Shown here: positions 24,030 to 37,018 of the stretch, one piece after another | Layout: each line of letters begins with the position of its first letter | How positions within the stretch are numbered: position 1 is the first letter of the stretch | From: Lytechinus pictus | Lineage: Eukaryota | Assembly (NCBI RefSeq): GCF_037042905.1 | Contig: NC_087248.1 | Location: 5,084,001 to 5,148,000, forward strand | DNA: 64,000 nucleotides | Direction of reading: 5' to 3' | Made by a program: the position numbers and the translations under genes | The notes under the pieces: generated by a model | Database searches by the model: none | The model's input: only the letters and a program-made list of their open reading frames with translations | What the model was told of the DNA's origin: nothing

Positions 24030-26495
24030 CATTATAAGCATTTTTTTTTTCAAATAAAGGTACGTACCTGTCTCACTTAACTATCGATGCGAGCGCAAAG
24101 CCCGAGCAAAAATTTGTATATATTGACCCCAACTAAGCACATGAAGGATTTTTTTTAAGGAATTCATAAAGAGCATACATATCTCACCATAGTCATCAAA
24201 TGCGAGCGCCATGCGCTTGCTGATTTTGATAGAATTACACCTTAACACATGAGGCACTATTTGTAGTCATTGTAATCATGAACATTATATATATATCTCA
24301 ATGATCAAAAATTGCGAGCGCGAAGCGCGAGCTGAATTTTTTTTAATTCAGACCCGAAGAGGGGCATTCAGGCTTGTTTGTAGGAATTCACCACGACCAT
24401 ACATATTTCACTAACCACATGATGCGAACGCGAGGTGAAATTTTTTTATTTTCACTACAAAAAATTGAAATTTTAAGGACTGGTTTTATGAATTCATGAA
24501 GAGCAGACATATCTTACCAATGCACTAAAATGCAAACGCAAGCACGGACTGGAAATATTTTATATTCAGACCTTAAAGGGGGCAATCACTTTAAGTAGTC
24601 ATGAAAAAGAAGCATATTATGTCACTACATAAAACAATAATATCTCGAAGTGCGAGAAAATATATTTGGTGTATATTGACATGAAAACGGGATGTTTTAG
24701 TACAACAGGATTATATATCTCATTAAGCAGACAGTGTGAGAACCAGGAATGATGAACACGCAAACTACGCTTCATAAAGTTATGTAAAAAAAATTGCTTA
24801 TGTAATATAATCNNNNNNNNNNNNNNNNNNNNNNNNNNNNNNNNNNNNNNNNNNNNNNNNNNNNNNNNNNNNNNNNNNNNNNNNNNNNNNNNNNNNNNNN
24901 NNNNNNNNNNNNNNNNNNNNNNNNNNNNNNNNNNNNNNNNNNNNNNNNNNNNNNNNNNNNNNNNNNNNNNNNNNNNNNNNNNNNNNNNNNNNNNNNNNNN
25001 NNNNNNNNNNNNNNNNNNNNNNNNNNNNNNNNNNNNNNNNNNNNNNNNNNNNNNNNNNNNNNNNNNNNNNNNNNNNNNNNNNNNNNNNNNNNCCCTACGT
25101 TTCTCTTTCTTTCTCCCTCTTTTCTCTTTTTTTTTTTTTGGGGGGGGGGGGGGCAGCCGTGGGGGGGGGGGGCGCACGTGCCCCCGTAGTTACGCCACTG
25201 CACATACTTAATGGAATAACCAACTTCAACTATGGATTCAACACTATGCCCTATCCCAAACCTAACCCTAAACTTTACATATAACCCTATTGCAACCCTA
25301 ACGCTATACCTTAGACGAAATAAAGCACGGAGTAATTGTCGTCGGAGCAAATGTCGTGTCACCTAAATGGCACCATGTCTGTTTTGTGATAAAATCACAG
25401 TCACTAGAAAATAGCACTATAGGTGTCACGCGCGTAAAACATTCCCTATAGACTTGTGTGTTAAAATGGCACTATTGAAAAATCCATAAAAAATAAACGT
25501 GAAATTAGAGAGTCGAATGTTTACTACCATTGGATAGGATATATACCTGACATTCCATATCTGACCAGAGAAGGGTATCGTAGCCAGCTCATTTTAAAAA
25601 TAAATCGCCATTTATGAAAATCGGATAACTATGATGGGATCAAATTTATCAACTGAAACAGTAAAATAGCCCTAATTCTTCCGCCAGTCAAAAAAAATGG
25701 TTCCAAAGTCATTTTATACCTTCCCAATTTGGGCTAAGAAAGTTCAGTAGTTACCATTTCTAGAATCAGTGTTAGATTTTCAATTATATTCATACACTTT
25801 TGTCAATCAGCAATATCAAATTGAAAAAAAATCGAATGGGTTGGGTCGAATGAATATCTTTAGCCCTCCTGTTGTAATTAGGCTCATGGAACCTATACAA
25901 CTTGTTTTCTGTAGGCCTATTCATTAACTCTTAAACACCTAATATTCATAATCTAACCCAATTATGGAAAATTGTTTTGAGAGAAATAATGAAATAGGCC
26001 TATATCAGATGAAGAACAAAATCCGATAGTCGAAAAATGTGGCCTGCAATAAAAGAGATTTTTCCTGAGTGAGAAATGGAAATGCTATTGAAATAAACGT
26101 GTTCAGATACCCTTGGATCCTCGTTTTTATTATTCTTGTTTGTAAATGTGTAAAGCATTTTGCAAAACAATTTAACGAAAGAGGGTGCTCTTTAAACTAC
26201 ACTGTATAGCAGTATATTTTTATGCTGTGATCAACCATCTGAACTACCAGAACTATTACGTTATTCCGAATTTTTGTTTTATTTTTGGCCCTGGCCTTCC
26301 CTTTATCTTTTCTTTTCTNNNNNNNNNNNNNNNNNNNNNNNNNNNNNNNNNNNNNNNNNNNNNNNNNNNNNNNNNNNNNNNNNNNNNNNNNNNNNNNNNN
26401 NNNNNNNNNNNNNNNNNNNNNNNNNNNNNNNNNNNNNNNNNNNNNNNNNNNNNNNNNNNNNNNNNNNNNNNNNNNNNNNNNNNNNNNNNNNNNNN

Positions 26496-26830
26496 GTGTA
26501 GTGGTTCTGACTCTCACCTTGAAAACAGGGGGTCATGTGTTCGAATCCCACCGCGGTCTAGCGTCCTTTGGCAAGGCGTTAATCCACACTTTGCCACTCT
26601 CGATCGACCCAGGTGCTAAATGGGTACCCGGTAGGATGCGAAAACCTATGTAGTATGCCTAGCAATTGAGTCTTGAAACTCTTGTTGGAATGCTCCCCAG
26701 GGAGTGGAGAAGGTGCATACATTGTATGCGGGTATGCAAGGATCCGATGACCGGGGTAATGATGTGCTGCAAAGCGCTTTTGGGCCATTATGGGAAAAGC
26801 GCTATATAAAAAATAGATATTATTATTGTT
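26496..26830 (+). mobile_element. tRNA-derived SINE with a Deu/Nin-like central domain
   Basis: A-box TAGTGGTT, B-box GTTCGAATCC, core GACCCAGGTGCTAAATGGGTACC, tail AAGCGCTATATAAA...TATTATT. A related fragment lies at ~9735-9830. Confidence 0.75.
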
Positions 26831-28645
26831 GTCATTATTATTCCTCTTGTTTCTCCTCCTTCTTCCTTTTCTTAATTTTCTTGTTCGCTTTTCTTCTTTC
26901 TTTGCTATGTACATGATAATAATAGTGAGAGGGATTGACTGCCTGCATCTATAGTTATATCGTCCCTGTATACCGCCATATTGGGCTTTCGGCCTTTCGG
27001 GGCACACACCACTAACTATTTCCCCATAGACTCATGTGTTAAAAATGAGATCGCCAAAAATAAGTCTTAATAATGACATCATCCACACCTTTATCGATTG
27101 GTAGTTCATCCAATATCCTTCAAACGCTAAAGATATGAAAAGGTGTTTTTCAGCATTTTTTCGCGCTACATGGGCTCAAACCAAGACTACATGCAAACTT
27201 GGTTGCAGTCACAGTGCTCACAGGGTTTCTTGGGCAACTAATTAAGTTCCCATAAAATCCAGCATTGACAAATTACTGCTCTCCCATGGGACTGAACAGA
27301 TCCAGTAATAATCCCTCTCTGTGCCCATATGAAAAAAAATTGTTCAGATATGCACCGTTGATTCTATATGAATATTTTTCCAACCATTACGTCATTTTAC
27401 TATCCAGCATGTCCAGGGCATTGCAGGGAGGCGGTCTCTACCTCCCTGGTCTATCCCAAACAGAATCAAAACTGAAACAAATGAAGAGAATGACACTGAA
27501 ACAAGTCATTACCATGAATATGCATTAGCCTTCCCCGTATCACTTGAATAAAATGTAAGGGTCGTCATATATGGGAAAGTCTGATTTTTAAAGGGTAAGT
27601 CCATGCAAATCAAAAGTTAATTTAAATAAAAAGAGAAAAAAAAGTTATATGACATTTTGTTTCGCTTATTTTCAACAAAGTAGTTATTAGGGAACGACAC
27701 AGTGATATACACAAATGAAAGAGTCGATGGTGCCACTATTTCTTTTGTATTCTAGTTCTTGAATTCCACAATATCATTGCTTTCGAAAATCTGACAAAGA
27801 GACTTCATCAATCACCACATGTTACAAGAAGCAATTTAACATGTTTAGGGATAAATCAATTTATTATAATATGATAATGCTTCTGACAACTATAAATAAC
27901 GGGGAGGGGGGTTCTGACAAATGACAACATAAAGGGGAAGTCCAGGCCAGATTTTTCTTTCCATTATCATTTTCTCCATAAAATTTCATGAAGATATGTC
28001 TGATTGATGTTTTTAATTAGCTGCTATAAAGCAGTCAATCCAAGCCCGAATCATCGGTATTTTTGGGGAATTTGCCCTGCACTGGGGATCGCCATCTTTG
28101 TAATTCCCGGTCGATCTGTGACGTACCATGCGAGCAGGTCCGTTTTCTATTTTGATTGGCTAAGACATCGCTGTCCTATAGGTTTTTTTTTTACATTACA
28201 TTTAAAGTTGTAATTAAAAAAAAAGAAACACATGAGATTTTAATTCAATATGCTTTACTTCATTTTATTTTTATACTGTTAGTTTTATTTTTCAAATGAA
28301 AGAAAAATCTTTGTGAAAATTAAAATTTATGCAGGAAATTTTCTTGCAAATATGTAGGGTCATATTTGACCATTTAGGCCTATGGGGTTCTAGAAATACC
28401 GGACAGAAGAAGAAGTTCTATCTTGTACATTAAAAACCACAGAAGTAGATGGAGAACGCATTGATGAATGGGCATTTGTGTTTTCATTAGGTCATTGTAC
28501 ATATAGAATTATTGTTCGTCCAATGTATTTTTCAACAAACGAAGAAATTTCACGAATCCTTTTTTTTTTCAAACTAGAACTAATTCCATTTCAGTGTAGC
28601 ATACGCAAAAAAATAAAGGGATGAAAAAGGAATGAAAAAAATATA

Positions 28646-28799
28646 CACTGTTAAAAATCATTTAAAGAATGCTGTTTACTATATGTGAATCGCACGGTAG
28701 TTGTTTTTTAATCTAAACTTTGTTGTTTAAATTCAAATATTTCATTATCAATAATTTAAGCATGGTTGTTTGTTTAAACTTTTTTAATCTTTAACAGTG
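28646..28799. mobile_element. Small CACTG-ended MITE
   Basis: TA|CACTGTTAAA ... TTTAACAGTG|TA. Confidence 0.65.
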
Positions 28800-28812
28800 T
28801 ATGGTTGAATAT

Positions 28813-31399
28813 GGCTCGGTGTAAAAATGGCAGAGGTAAAAATGGCAGAGGTAATAATGGCAGAGGTAAAAATGGCAAAGGTAAAAATGGCAGAGGTAAA
28901 AATGGCAGAGGTAAAAATGGCAGAGGTAAAAATGGCAAAGGTAAAAATGGCAGAGGTAAAAATGGCAGAGGTAAAAATGGCAAAGGTAAAAATGGCAGAA
29001 GTAATAATGGCAGAGGTAAAAAATGACAGAGGTATAAATGGCCAGTCTTAAACCCCTATGCCAAAAAACCTAATAGCCCCTCCATGTAGAGTAGATTAAA
29101 TAAGAAAGGTTCTGAGAATAGAATGGGTAACATTTTTTTAATCATACGTAGATTTTCTGCACCAAATTGATAACACCTAAGTTGGTTTTTCTTAATATAT
29201 TCCTGCATGGACTTTAATACATGCACAGCCTTCTCATGTCAAATCGCTCTTCTAATATTCAAATTTGAAGCACACTTTGGATCCCAAGTATTGTACTTAG
29301 TTCATTAAAGGGGAAATTCACCCTGACATAAAGTTTATTGTAAAAATAGCAGGAAATAATTAAAATGATATTGGTTAGGGCTTAAGGGAATCCATCAAAG
29401 ATTTAAAAAGCTATTAGAATTTTATATTTTAATGGTGACGTTATTTTCTAGCCGTATTTTCCAAATCTGGTGTAATACAATATATCAATGAATTGTCATT
29501 AAAAAAATGAAAATGGTTTTTATTGTATTTAATTTTTTTCAATTTCAATTTCTATTTATTTCATTTTCAACAGAACAAAGTAAAGTGGTCGAAATAATTA
29601 CAATGAACTTATACAGACAATATAAAGTGAGGCATGTAAAATATATGATATTTTTCCATAAGTAAAACAAAAAAAAGTATTATATATTAGCAAAACATCA
29701 TTATAAAATAAAATTCTGAGAAAATGGAGGGATCCACTAAAAACAGTGCTTGTATTGTGTGGACGCCTCTAAATAATTATTGTTGTATATCAACATACAA
29801 ATCATTTCACATCCGCTCCTGAAAGACTTTTTTTAGCAATCAGGAACCACTGATTACAAATTTGAAAAGTAATACGTGGCAGCTGCTCGTATTATTACGT
29901 CACAGATCAAAAATTCAAACTTCTAATAATTTTTTTTAATATTTGATGGGTTTTCCGTAAACCTTCACCAATATTTTTTTCTGCTATTTTTACAGTAAAT
30001 AAATTTAAAATAAAATCCTTGATTCACTACACATTTCAAAATTCATGCGGTAACCGTAACCATAGAAACTAGTTTAGGAACCTGACATCCACTTGGACTA
30101 TATAGCTGCAATGAGGTATTTCTCTGAATAACTGAACGCTAATTGCTATTATTATATCATTTACATTGAACTATATACGTATCATATCAATGTCTATTCG
30201 GATCCATTATGATGTTGAAATATGAAAATTACTTTTATTACAGAACGTTTTGTTATTTTTTTGTTATCAAAGTAATGCAAGTGGTTCGAAGAAATCCCGA
30301 ACTTGTCTATTTCAGTGTGTTAATGGTAGCGCACATTTGGTGTTTACATTAAAATTCGTTTGTTATGTATGTGATTAACTGCTACTCTACTCTACAAAAT
30401 GGCCAAGGGTGCGTTTATCCGCCACTTTTTTACCCTATAATCATGATTCCAATCATGATTCAAATCACGATTCTGCAGAATCACGATTGCGTTTAGTCGA
30501 AATTGAATATAATCATGATTAGAATCACAAACATGAACTACGAAAAAAAGGGCGTTTGGAAAGACGTTTCTGCAGAATCACGTACGAAAATGTTCGGATA
30601 AACGATATCGTGATTTGAATCATGATTATATGACGTCATTGTGTCGAGCTATTTCCGGTTCTTGCCAAGGCGCGCGCCCCACGTTGTCACATCACATGTA
30701 CGTCGCCGACCTCCAATTAAGTGTCCAACGTTGACCTATACTTCCTGGGTCAAACTGCGCACTGTGATGCGCACTGGATCGGTCCGAATCCGAGGAGAAA
30801 CAGCGTTGGAACGAAGGTCGTCTAAACCCTGATTCTGTAGTAATTGTGATTCATGTTTGTGATTTGAATCATGATTCCAATCATGATTCAAATCACGATT
30901 CTGGCTTGAGGTCGGATAAACGCAGCCTAAGATAAATCATTTCATCACTCACTAATTTAAATCATTTTGGCATGAAAACGTTTGAGTTTAATCATATCAA
31001 CGATAAAGTATAGAGCTGACCTAAAATGAATAAAAAATCTAAATAATATCTTTTCAGTTCATAATGCTCATTGCGTCGATAGGAGTCCCTTCAAGGCCAA
31101 TAATTATACCGATATTAACGGAAAAGGCTCTGTAGAATGCCATGATCTACACCTCTGTTATTTTTGCCTCTGCCATTTTTACCTCTGCCATTTTTACCTC
31201 TGCCAATTTTACCTCTGCCATTTTACCTCTGCCATTTTTACCTCTGCCATTTTTACCTCTGCCATTTTTACCTCTGCCATTATTACCTCTGCCATTTTTA
31301 CCTCTGCCATTATTACCTCTGCCATTATTACCTCTGCCATTTTTACCTTTGCCATTATTACCTCTGCCATTATTACCTCTGCCATTTTTACCTGGCACC
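28813..31399. mobile_element. Foldback/Mutator-like non-autonomous element, copy 2
   Basis: 15-mer arrays at ~28822-29033 (+) and ~31150-31392 (-). Perfect 9-bp TSD GTTGAATAT (28804-28812 / 31400-31408). GG...CC termini. Confidence 0.85.
30407..30927. mobile_element. PIF/Harbinger-like MITE nested in foldback copy 2
   Basis: TIR GGGTGCGTTTATCCG / CGGATAAACGCAGCC, 3-bp flanks CAA/TAA, and many subterminal AATCATGATT/AATCACGATT motifs. Confidence 0.7.
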
Positions 31400-32792
31400 G
31401 TTGAATATACCCTCCAATAAACTCTATCGGTTTGAACAATTTGAATTGAATTAAATGTATTCATACAATGTAGTATTAATATGCAGAACAATAAGACTCC
31501 CACTCTGCGTACATAAACTAGTGAAGCTTATGTACTGTTTGGTACTCAATACCAAAGTTCATTTTTTTGTGATGTAATTTGGTAACTAATAAGGTGACGT
31601 GGAAAAAAAGAAAAACCTGAGGATTATGATTTCGTCATGAAACACAAAATGAATTACTAGTGAGAGAGAGAAAATGATAATGAAAAAATCTGATAACGTC
31701 ACAACGTGCAATTGATTTAGGGAGGGGATATGATTATTATAACTTGACATCACAAAAGAACCGAAAATTATTTTAATAAAAAATAAATAAAAATCAAGCC
31801 GAAAACGGATTGCGTAAATCAATATTGAAAGAGATATTGAAACAGATTGAAAGATTAAAGTTGTCCCATGCATGCTCGTCAATGCACCCCTAGATCATGT
31901 AGATAAATGAAGTATAGGGCTCTCATAAATTTCAATGGCCTAAATACTTCATGAAAGGTATACGGAATTTCTAATGAACAAAAATTGCACACAGTAGAGA
32001 CAAACCAGTATGCAATAAGGACTAATATGACAATATACACCATTTCAAAAGTATACCGAAGTTTAGAGCCCCCCCCCCCCCCGAAAAAAATAACAGAAAC
32101 TGAGTTTCGCTTTGGTCCGAACCAAAATGGAAACCACTTATTTATTGTATGAGAACCACCCCCCCCCCCCCCCCCTTATCAATTAAAGCTCTTGTATACG
32201 TGCGCATGCTCACGTTATCATTGAGTAGTGTTATCAGTATTCACAGTGCACATAACTTGCTCAACTATATATACGGAACAAACCCGAGGGGTATAGCAGT
32301 AAAATCTGGGTTTATAATCGAAGCGAGAACCATACATGTAGCCGAGCTGGTCAAATTAAGGAGCGAATTAATTCAACATAGGTTTATAAAGCGTAAGTAT
32401 AACTCGTGCATTTAACAAAGAACTAATGATAATTATATCAAACTTAATTATAGATCCATGGTGTCTACCAGCGTTGCAGTTTTCGAAGCAGATTGTTTTG
32501 TATTGAATATGGTTTCGGTTCAAGTTGTCAATACTTAGAAATCAATGGCTGTTATGGTTGCTATCCACTAGGATAGCTTTATCTGTTATAATTGTGCTTC
32601 TATTATGTGCCATTATTCGTAGATATTAATTCGTCTCTCTTTAGTCAGTTTTCTCGTGCAGCGAGTGGAACATAATCATTTCAAGCTAAACATAACTAAT
32701 TTACCGAAGTTTTGAATCGCTATTTGTATCGATCCATTTTAGCTTCAAACCTATAATTCTAATGCTCTGCAATGCATGTTCCTAGCTACTTG

Positions 32793-34370
32793 TTTAATTT
32801 CATGATATACTTGACTACGTGGTGGATAAATTTTGCTTGGAATGAAAAAAATTACTGAACCAATCTGACATAACACACAGGCCAATACTGAAGTCAAAGC
32901 AAAAACTTTTGATGTGTCCCCAATGTCTTTAGAATGTTGGAGTAGTTTCCCCTTGCTCTATGTTACAGAAATAGATAAAAATACAACTTTATGAATCTAT
33001 CTAAAATTGTTCACACTTTATCTTAACACATAATTATGGGGACATTCAGTTTTATATTAAAGTCTTGCAACAAATGCCGAAAATGCTACCGGTTACACTA
33101 TACTCAATACTCGTTTTAATTGTCATATTCTGGACATCTTTATTCCATATACACTGTTAAAAAAACTGATTTTTTAAAAAAGAGAGAAGATTTTGCAAAA
33201 AGCAATAACAGAAACATTCTGTAAATTCATAAAACAGGAATTTTCTGCAATTTAACAGAACAGGTCTGTTTAAAAAGGGGAAAAGGTGTTTTATTAAAGG
33301 AAAATTGTGAGGTTCCATAACCAAATACCAATTTCCTGTAAGATTACAGGTGTTCTCGAGACTCTGCTGCAGGAACTTTTATTTTAAGGATAAATTTTCT
33401 TACAGTGTGCTGCTTACCCATCATGATAATACTGGTAATAGTCAGGTTAAATTATCCTAGTTAGATTTGTCCACGACAATGTACATAATGATCAATTATT
33501 CTGGTCATATGAAATTGATCTATATAATTATGCTATTTGATAAAAGCGGTACGAATATCCCCCCCCCAAAAAAAAAAAGCTTTAAATAAATCAGTAAGCG
33601 ATATGCCACTGGCTTCAATCGGAATAATATATTGTGTTATCCTTTTCTTGTGACATTTTTAAATGAAAATATTTGACCTGTTTCTAAAGTATTGAATGGA
33701 TTTCTATTGATTTCAATGGAAGTGTGAATAACGATCCCTAAATGGGAATTTCCCTATTGCAACATAATGGCGACACCCGGGTGACAACAAATGCCGAGTT
33801 CAAGTGCACTGATGGAAAATACTGGAAGTGCAATTAGCGCTCTGCATGTGGTATAACTGCCCCTCTATGTTCCACAACCGATTGGAAAAGGTGTGGAATC
33901 AAGAATATAGGAAGGAGAGAAGGAAATGAACTGATATGAAATAAATCGGGACTCTCGCTCATAAACGTAGATACGCACGATGACTAGATAAGAAGTCACT
34001 TGTGCCATGCATCTCATCATGTCTTGTAATTTCTTACTATCAGAAATTACTCTTTCCTAGTTCAATCCATGAAATAGAAAATATTTAAAAATGACTAGAA
34101 TAACAGTACGTTGTACCATCAGCCGGGAGAGGATCCGTGATTTACGGGGGGGGGGGGGGGCTCTGATGAGCAGAAAGTCCTTAGAAAGGGGGCATGCCTA
34201 CCCCCTTTGCACCCTCCCTATATCCACCTGCACACTGACGACACGATGACCCTTTAGTAATTTTGATTATTGTTTGTTTTAAAGTACATGTTCGCCTTGT
34301 CTATCCTCATGCAAAATCCACTCCTCATTTGAGTATATATCACCATCGCCTCTATATACAATTCAACCAA
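32793..34370 (+). repeat. Segmental duplicate, copy B (upstream of the TRIM-like gene)
   Basis: See copy A. Differs by the MITE at 33152-33407 and a ~38-bp insertion near 33869. Confidence 0.92.
33152..33407. mobile_element. CACTG-ended MITE present only in duplicate copy B
   Basis: CACTGTTAAAAAA ... TTTTCTTACAGTG. The empty site in copy A is at ~22932. Confidence 0.75.
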
Positions 34371-35302
34371 AAAAAATAAAAATTCGAAAAAAAATCAGCC
34401 AAGTACCAAGTGGCAAGACGAGAACATGATTAATGCACCCGCTCATAAACCTTTATAGACACAACGTTTTCGAGCACAGAATTTCTATAGTGAGGTGTCC
34501 AAGTGTCCTCGAAATCCATAGTGCTGAAAAAGAAAAAGAAATCTTATTTTTACAGAAATGTTTTGATGTGCATGTTGTTCTCTTTCTTCTCTCATGGAAC
34601 AGAATTGTATTGAATGACACATCGAATTATTTGACTACTATATAGAATTTGACATGACTTGTAAATCAGTATTCAAAACCGAAATAACTAGAGGCCGGTC
34701 AAAAGATTGTATTTGCAAAAAAAAAATCCATATTATTATTTACGCGTCAGTTTCACAAGAAAACTTGATTTCATACCCCCTGGTTTGCCCCAAGTCGGGA
34801 TATATTCTGCCTCTATAAAGGTAATGTAAATGACCGCCAAAAGAGTTTGGAATTACTCGCTTTGCTCACTCACAATACAGAGTACATCAGATGTTAATAT
34901 TGATTTTTGTGAAGGTTGTGGTTTTGTGAAGGTTGCGGTTTCCCATTTTCGCCATGAAAATATCCTAGTCCATGCACCATAACATTGTTGAATCGAATGG
35001 CAAAATAAATCTTAAAGACACAACGCATCTTGCATGCAATACAAAACAAAGGACTGTGTCTATAATATCTCCCTCGATGTATGTATTTCCAAACACTTTT
35101 GTGAAATAATGCCAAAAATTTACATGGAAGAAATTTCAGATTAAAAAAAAATTGCGAATCTGTTGAAGTATCATTCTTGTTTGAATTTCCCCTTTTCAGA
35201 GATTTTACAGACATCGTAAATGATGATAATGCATCTTTTTTCTGTATGTTCTTTCTCATTGCAAACAGGTATCGAGTCGGACTTGACTAGCACGCTACCA
35301 AG

Positions 35303-37018
35303 ATGTCTCACTTTTCAGATGACCCATGCCAGGGATGTCTCCAAGACAAGGAACAAAAAACTTACCATATGGTGATGAGATTGTGCGATGACTGCGCTCT
35401 GCAAAAAAAGCATTTCATCGAAAAGTTGGCACTGGAAAAGAAGGTGGTCTTCAGTTGCAGCAGACACCCTGCCTTGAAGGCTCTGGCATTTTGCACGCGC
35501 CATGATGAAACGATTTGTTTAGAGTGTCTCCCGGCACATATCGGTCCTTGTTGCAGTATGATGGACTTAAACGCGAAAGTGGTAGATCGGAGAAGCCAGC
35601 TCAGTGGTCTGGTAGAACGGTGCAAGATAAAAGCCGATGAATTCAAACAATTTAATATCCACGTCGACACGAGAACACATCAAATCGATACTCACTTTGC
35701 TGAAATCGAAGACGAAATCCGCCAGAAAACTTCTCAAGAGAAACGAGAAGTGGAAGAGAATCGAGACCTCAGGGCTGAGTGTATCAATAAAAATGCTGAA
35801 GAAAAACTTGAGAGAATCAGACAAGAGCGATACGAGGACCTGACGAGAAATCAGCGGGAAGCAGAGAAAAGATTAGACGCAATTAAGAAGAAACAAAAAG
35901 GACTGCTCGAGAGGGTTGATCAAATTAAAGCCATGTTTACCAAGAAGATTTCAAAGATGAAGTCGTATCTTCAGCAAACTTTGGAGACCGTGGAGAAGGC
36001 AGAGTCCTACGACGACGATGAAATGCTTCAACCAGATTTTCAAAAGACCGTAGTGTCTTTGACTAGTGTCCTCAATAAACAAGTCGATGCCAGCGACGTT
36101 GACAAGCTAGTAGAAGCTGCAGAGTCAGTCGAGGGGTTTGATGGTGACAAACGAATTGATGTTCCTTTGGAGAGGTGGGATGAACAAGATGGACTGACTT
36201 GGAAGACAGGACTGGGTAAAGGATCCTACATGATGGGTGCCATCAACATGGATGAAGTCTTGCTAAAGATGATGGATGGTGGCTCGGTCCATGCCATGAA
36301 CGTTTACAGTGGTGATACCAGGGTGGTGGTCTCTGGAAAGACACCATATGATATTTACAGTTGTGCTGCTCTTCAAGACGGTAGGATCGTTTGTGGGACA
36401 CGCTTTGGCGAGATTGTCGTGTATGATCGTGACTGGAAACCGCTGAGAGTGATGCATCTTGATTATTCAGGCAAGTCCGTCAAGTTAAGGCCTGTCTCGA
36501 TCTGCATTGATAGAGCTGGTTTGATCCTAGCTTCGAATGGCGAATCCACTGTTCATGTATTCAATCCAGACGAAGGAGACTTTGTCAGGTCGATCGACAC
36601 CAATGTCAGGTCTATCTGCGAAATTCATCTTCTGTCATCCGATGACATCGCGCTCCGCATCAGGTCATTAGATGAAGAGTGTACTGATGTTCGCATCTTG
36701 GACAACATGGGATGCCTTCGATCCACTCATCATCTTCACAACAAGAACCTGATTGACATGGCTGCGGACATGTCACGTGGCCATATATTTATGATGCTCC
36801 TTGATCACGATGACGACTGCGAAGAATTCGACATGGCAGTCCTTTCATCAAGCGGTGTGGCAGACATTGACGTCGAGTTACCTTTCGACTCTAGGACACT
36901 TGCCGAAATGTGTTTCATGCCTGAGAAGAGCGACCTGGTTGTGCACTACGAGGAAACAACTGGAATATTTAGGAAAACCGATCGGGGTCTCGAAGAAATA
37001 ATCAGTAACATTGATTAA
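35303..37018 (+). CDS. TRIM-like protein lacking RING: degenerate B-box1, B-box2, coiled coil, C-terminal NHL-like/beta-propeller; single coding exon, 571 aa
   Basis: CQGC...LCDDCALQKKH; B-box2 CSRH...AFCTRHDETICLECLPAH; long charged helical region; propeller-like repeats (PVSICIDRAGLILASN..TVHVFNP.GDFVRSI). A splice acceptor CAG| at ~35268 lies just upstream of the ATG. Confidence 0.85.
   Translation: MSHFSDDPCQGCLQDKEQKTYHMVMRLCDDCALQKKHFIEKLALEKKVVFSCSRHPALKALAFCTRHDETICLECLPAHIGPCCSMMDLNAKVVDRRSQLSGLVERCKIKADEFKQFNIHVDTRTHQIDTHFAEIEDEIRQKTSQEKREVEENRDLRAECINKNAEEKLERIRQERYEDLTRNQREAEKRLDAIKKKQKGLLERVDQIKAMFTKKISKMKSYLQQTLETVEKAESYDDDEMLQPDFQKTVVSLTSVLNKQVDASDVDKLVEAAESVEGFDGDKRIDVPLERWDEQDGLTWKTGLGKGSYMMGAINMDEVLLKMMDGGSVHAMNVYSGDTRVVVSGKTPYDIYSCAALQDGRIVCGTRFGEIVVYDRDWKPLRVMHLDYSGKSVKLRPVSICIDRAGLILASNGESTVHVFNPDEGDFVRSIDTNVRSICEIHLLSSDDIALRIRSLDEECTDVRILDNMGCLRSTHHLHNKNLIDMAADMSRGHIFMMLLDHDDDCEEFDMAVLSSSGVADIDVELPFDSRTLAEMCFMPEKSDLVVHYEETTGIFRKTDRGLEEIISNID

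Larger units (their letters stand above)
21763..25200. mobile_element. hAT-like non-autonomous element with an internal ~600-bp duplication and a captured ~1.45-kb segment
   Basis: TIR CAGTGGCGTA / TACGCCACTG; perfect 8-bp TSD CACATACT (21755-21762 / 25201-25208). Inserted in a smaller MITE (GACATTTGCTCCG at ~21732, CGGAGCAAATGTC at ~25343). Contains the N-gap 24813-25092. Confidence 0.75.

Noticed and set aside
25250-25305. Telomere-like AACCCT repeats (also ~39740)
   Set aside because: Short, degenerate and internal to a MITE family; not a telomere.
26496-26570. tRNA genes (also ~44200-44290, ~54617-54690, ~56350-56424)
   Set aside because: A/B boxes without a proper cloverleaf, mostly followed by SINE body and tail; they are SINE heads.
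24617-26653. Long ORFs spanning N-runs (also 38507-39555)
   Set aside because: Artefacts of assembly gaps (24813-25092, 26319-26495, 38524-38716, 39160-39303) and GAT repeats.
28822-29033. CRISPR-like array
   Set aside because: Head-to-tail 15-mers with no unique spacers, in a eukaryotic context with no cas genes.
34163-34190. CTGATGAGCAGAAAGTC as a hammerhead
   Set aside because: No room for stem II, and the paralogous copy reads CTGCTGA.
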